From the NCBI GenBank assembly GCA_964187785.1, contig OZ076414.1:6758001-6822000 (forward strand): 64,000 bases of DNA, read 5' to 3'. The notes beneath the pieces were generated by a model. It worked only from the letters and a program-made list of their open reading frames with translations. It did not search any database and was not told where the DNA came from. The stretch's first letter is position 1, and each line of letters begins with the position of its first letter. Source of the stretch: Amphiscolops sp. MND2022 (Eukaryota). Of the stretch, positions 61,001-64,000 are shown piece after piece. The position numbers and the translations under genes are program-made.

Positions 61001-62645
61001 AACGGATTGCTCTGGGCGTTCCCACTTGCGCACAAAAAACTTTGAATTTATCTAGGCACTCCTCTTTCGATTTGAGGAAATATACCGCTGAGTACCTGCT
61101 GTAGCTGTCCGTAAAAGAAATAGCGTATCGATTGCCACCAAGCGAAGTAGTTGGCATCGATCCCAAAATGTCAGTGAAGACGAGATCAAGTTTCGAATGT
61201 TTTCGTTTCTCCTCTTTTCGCGATACTAGTTGCCGTCGTGACTTGGAAATTTTGCAAACTTCACAACAACAAAGTTTATCAAAAGCACTGTGTTTCAAGC
61301 TCATACCCGAAACATGATGAGCCAAACGTTTCACATTTTTGAAATTGTTGTGACCAAGGCGATGATGCCACAACACCGCTTCTTCGTTTTCGCCGGAAAA
61401 AGAGCAAAAATCAAATGTCTTTCCTTTCAAAACGTAAAGATTAGCGTGCTCTTCAAAAGGAATAGTTGCTTTTTCTTTGACAAAAATGCTCAGAGACTTT
61501 CCGAAATTCACTTGAGCCCCGTTTTGTCTCAACTTGCTAACGCTGATCAAGTTATGAGAATGATCAGGAAGGAAAAGACAGTCGGAAAATGTCACACAGC
61601 GTTCGATCCCTTCTTTGTCCAAAAACAAAAGAGAAACTTTTCCAACACCCTCAACTTGCGAAAAAGTCCCATTCGCATTTTTTACTTTGCGTTGTGTTTC
61701 TTCGCTAAAGTCGAAGAACAGGGAACGGTCAAAAAACATATGCGAGGAAGCACCAGAGTCGATGACCAAAGTGTGCTCCTTCACCTCGCATTTTTGGCTA
61801 GTGAGTGCAGTCTCACTACCATCGCAAAAGAAAACTAAGTCCTCGGCTAGGTTTGACTCTCCTGTTTCAGCACTTGACTTAGGGTTCAAAAGAGGGTTTT
61901 TCTTGAAACATTTATTCTCTTCATGGCCAAAACGCCTGCAAAAGTTACACTGGGATACTCTACAAGTGACTTGTTTATGTCCACTTTTACCGCAACGCCT
62001 ACACTTTCCATTGAACTTTTCAGGTTTACGCGCGGAACTTTTCGCAAGAGTTCCTTTGGATAACAAGGCAACATTTTCATTGCTAGCTGTCGCAGTTTGT
62101 AGGTTACGAGAACTTTCGAAATTTTTTAATGCTTTCTTTACTTCCGCAATAGACGCCTTATCTTTCAAAAAATCGTGCACAGTTTTGAAATAGTCATATT
62201 CGGAAGGCAAACCCTTAAGAACTATCGAAGTTAACATGTTTTCAGAAACTTTCTCACCAGCGAGCTCCAACTGCTTACTCACATACTCCGCTCGAGTCAG
62301 GTAGTCAACCATGCTCTCCGTGGGCCCCAAGCGCAGGGTTGTGAACTTCTCCAATAGGTTCATCAACCTCGGTGTTTCGGTGCTATTGAAGTGGTCCCGC
62401 AGTAGTTGCCATGCCTTCGGACCATCACCCATGCAGTCGTTCGTCAGCATCAGGATACTGCGGCGGTCAAGACACTGTACCAAGTGCGCCCAAATTTCGT
62501 ACTTCTTGTCATTCGTGCCAGCATCTGTTCCATTCAGCACGTTCAGCAGCTTCTTCGTAAAACAGAACCCCTCGAATCGCTCCTGCCACACAGCGAAGTC
62601 TTCTTCCTTGCCAGAGAACTGGAGATACTGCAAAGGTCGATCCAT
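58068..62645 (-). pseudogene. Copia gag-pol ORF (1112-aa open part to TAA 59307-59309; in-frame continuation; RNase H split by MITE)
   Basis: Two CCHC knuckles, IDSGAS, WHHRLGH, RSDNGKEY, LYGLKQ, WVDD. The TAA stands at the Y of the (Y)RSLVG motif. SDSDWATDK|DDRKST rejoins in frame after MITE removal. Confidence 0.93.
58531..59075. mobile_element. Mutator/Foldback-like MITE nested in the Copia RNase H
   Basis: 9-11 bp TSD (CTTGTCGGTG at 58521-58530 and 59076-59085); imperfect inverted arms with tandem AACTAAGATCTA motifs. Confidence 0.9.
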
Positions 62646-64000
62646 CCCTCACAAACTCTAACAAAAGCCCGAAGCAGGCAGAAAGAAGTAACTGAAACAA
62701 AAATGAGGGCAGCAAAACAGGGATTCCCACGAAGATAAGCTACAAAGTTAGCGAAAGCGAAACGGCGGTAACGGACGGCATAAATAGCAAAAATTGTGGA
62801 TATCCGAGACGCAAAAAGGAAAAATGGAGAGCGAAAAATAAGATCAGACGAGCATAGTCAAAGTAAGCAGAAAAAGGTTTTTTTAAGGAAAAAGGCAAAC
62901 TCACCAAATTGCTGGGTCCATAACCTATTAGGGCCTGAGCTCCTTCTGGTCGTAGCTGGGTTGTCGGAAGATTGGTGAAGAGTAGTTATTGTCAATACTT
63001 TATTTTGTGTTGTGAGGTGATAAAGTGATTCAGTCAAGTGAAGATAAAATAACAGGTACATGTTTACAAACAACAATAATATACTAAATTAGTTCAGTCT
63101 GGTATAGTCTGAGATGGTTGACCTTTAATGGTCCTTTGACCTTCATCGATCTCTAACACAATATTATGAAACACAGCCACCTCTGAAAGCAATGAGAAAT
63201 CATGAAAGTTCATGCTTTCCACTTCACCCATATATCGGCCAAAAATACCTACAAAATCTACAGTCTTTACTCAAAAAGATGATCATTTGATTCGAATTTT
63301 TTCACTCTTCAGATTTACACAAACTCCATCCCTCACAAACTCTAACAAAAGCCCGAAGCAGGCAGAAAGAAGTAACTGAAACAAAAATGAGGGCAGCAAA
63401 ACAGGGATTCCCACGAAGATAAGCTACAAAGTTAGCGAAAGCGAAACGGCGGTAACGGACGGCATAAATAGCAAAAATTGTGGATATCCGAGACGCAAAA
63501 AGGAAAAATGGAGAGCGAAAAATAAGATCAGACGAGCATAGTCAAAGTAAGCAGAAAAAGGTTTTTTTAAGGAAAAAGGCAAACTCACCAAATTGCTGGG
63601 TCCATAACCTATTAGGGCCTGAGCTCCTTCTGGTCGTAGCTGGGTTGTCGGAAGATTGGTGAAGAGTAGTTATTGTCAATACTTTATTTTGTGTTGTGAG
63701 GTGATAAAGTGATTCAGTCAAGTGAAGATAAAATAACAGGTACATGTTTACAAACAACAATAATATACTAAATTAGTTCAGTCTGGTATAGTCTGAGATG
63801 GTTGACCTTTAATGGTCCTTTGACCTTCATCGATCTCTAACACAATATTATGAAACACAGCCACCTCTGAAAGCAATGAGAAATCATGAAAGTTCATGCT
63901 TTCCACTTCACCCATATATCGGCCAAAAATACCTACAAAATCTACAGTCTTTACTCAAAAAGATGATCATTTGATTCGAATTTTTTCACTCTTCAGATTT
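62641..64000. repeat. 684-bp tandem duplication (Copia leader + 5' LTR + flank); third LTR copy at 63610-63842
   Basis: 62641-63316 is repeated at 63325-64000 with no differences seen; runs to the window end. Confidence 0.93.

Larger units (their letters stand above)
57635..63158 (-). mobile_element. Ty1/Copia LTR retrotransposon, disabled (nonsense codon plus nested MITE)
   Basis: 233-bp LTRs (57635-57867, 62926-63158; about 5 differences), TSD CAATA on both sides, PBS GGTTATGGACCCAGC, PPT GAGCGGGGG; gene order gag-PR-IN-RT-RH. Confidence 0.97.

Noticed and set aside
50421-62738. Antisense and alternate-frame ORFs inside the BEL and Copia elements (up to 192 aa)
   Set aside because: Expected shadows of long coding frames; no recognisable motifs.

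Overview
Eukaryotic, probably metazoan, AT-rich and repeat-dense DNA; the organism cannot be identified from the sequence alone. One host gene dominates: tripeptidyl-peptidase II (TPP2) on the minus strand. I reconstructed 19 coding exons by hand, from ATG 57273 down to 3539 (about 1,100 codons). The catalytic Asp/His/Ser motifs and both substrate-binding Glu motifs are intact. The C-terminal exons were not found and probably lie left of the window. The introns hold an internally deleted BEL/Pao element with a 12-bp satellite in its leader (1-2877), LINE relics (unassigned clade, CR1/L2-like, RTE, CRE-like), Tc1/mariner elements, several MITEs and a perfect 161-bp palindrome. The 27-kb first intron carries a mosaic ~5-kb tandem array and an intact BEL/Pao element with LTRs that read as identical. 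A Copia element with a nested MITE sits about 360 bp upstream of the TPP2 start codon. The most notable signal is the TPP2 splice donors. Keeping the reading frame needs a TT donor (intron 6) and a GC donor (intron 18), and possibly a GG donor (intron 15). Each is one substitution away from a GT donor like those elsewhere in the gene, which points to relaxed 5' splice-site recognition, a damaged allele, or base-calling error. All boundaries were read by eye, with no database searches or RNA data.
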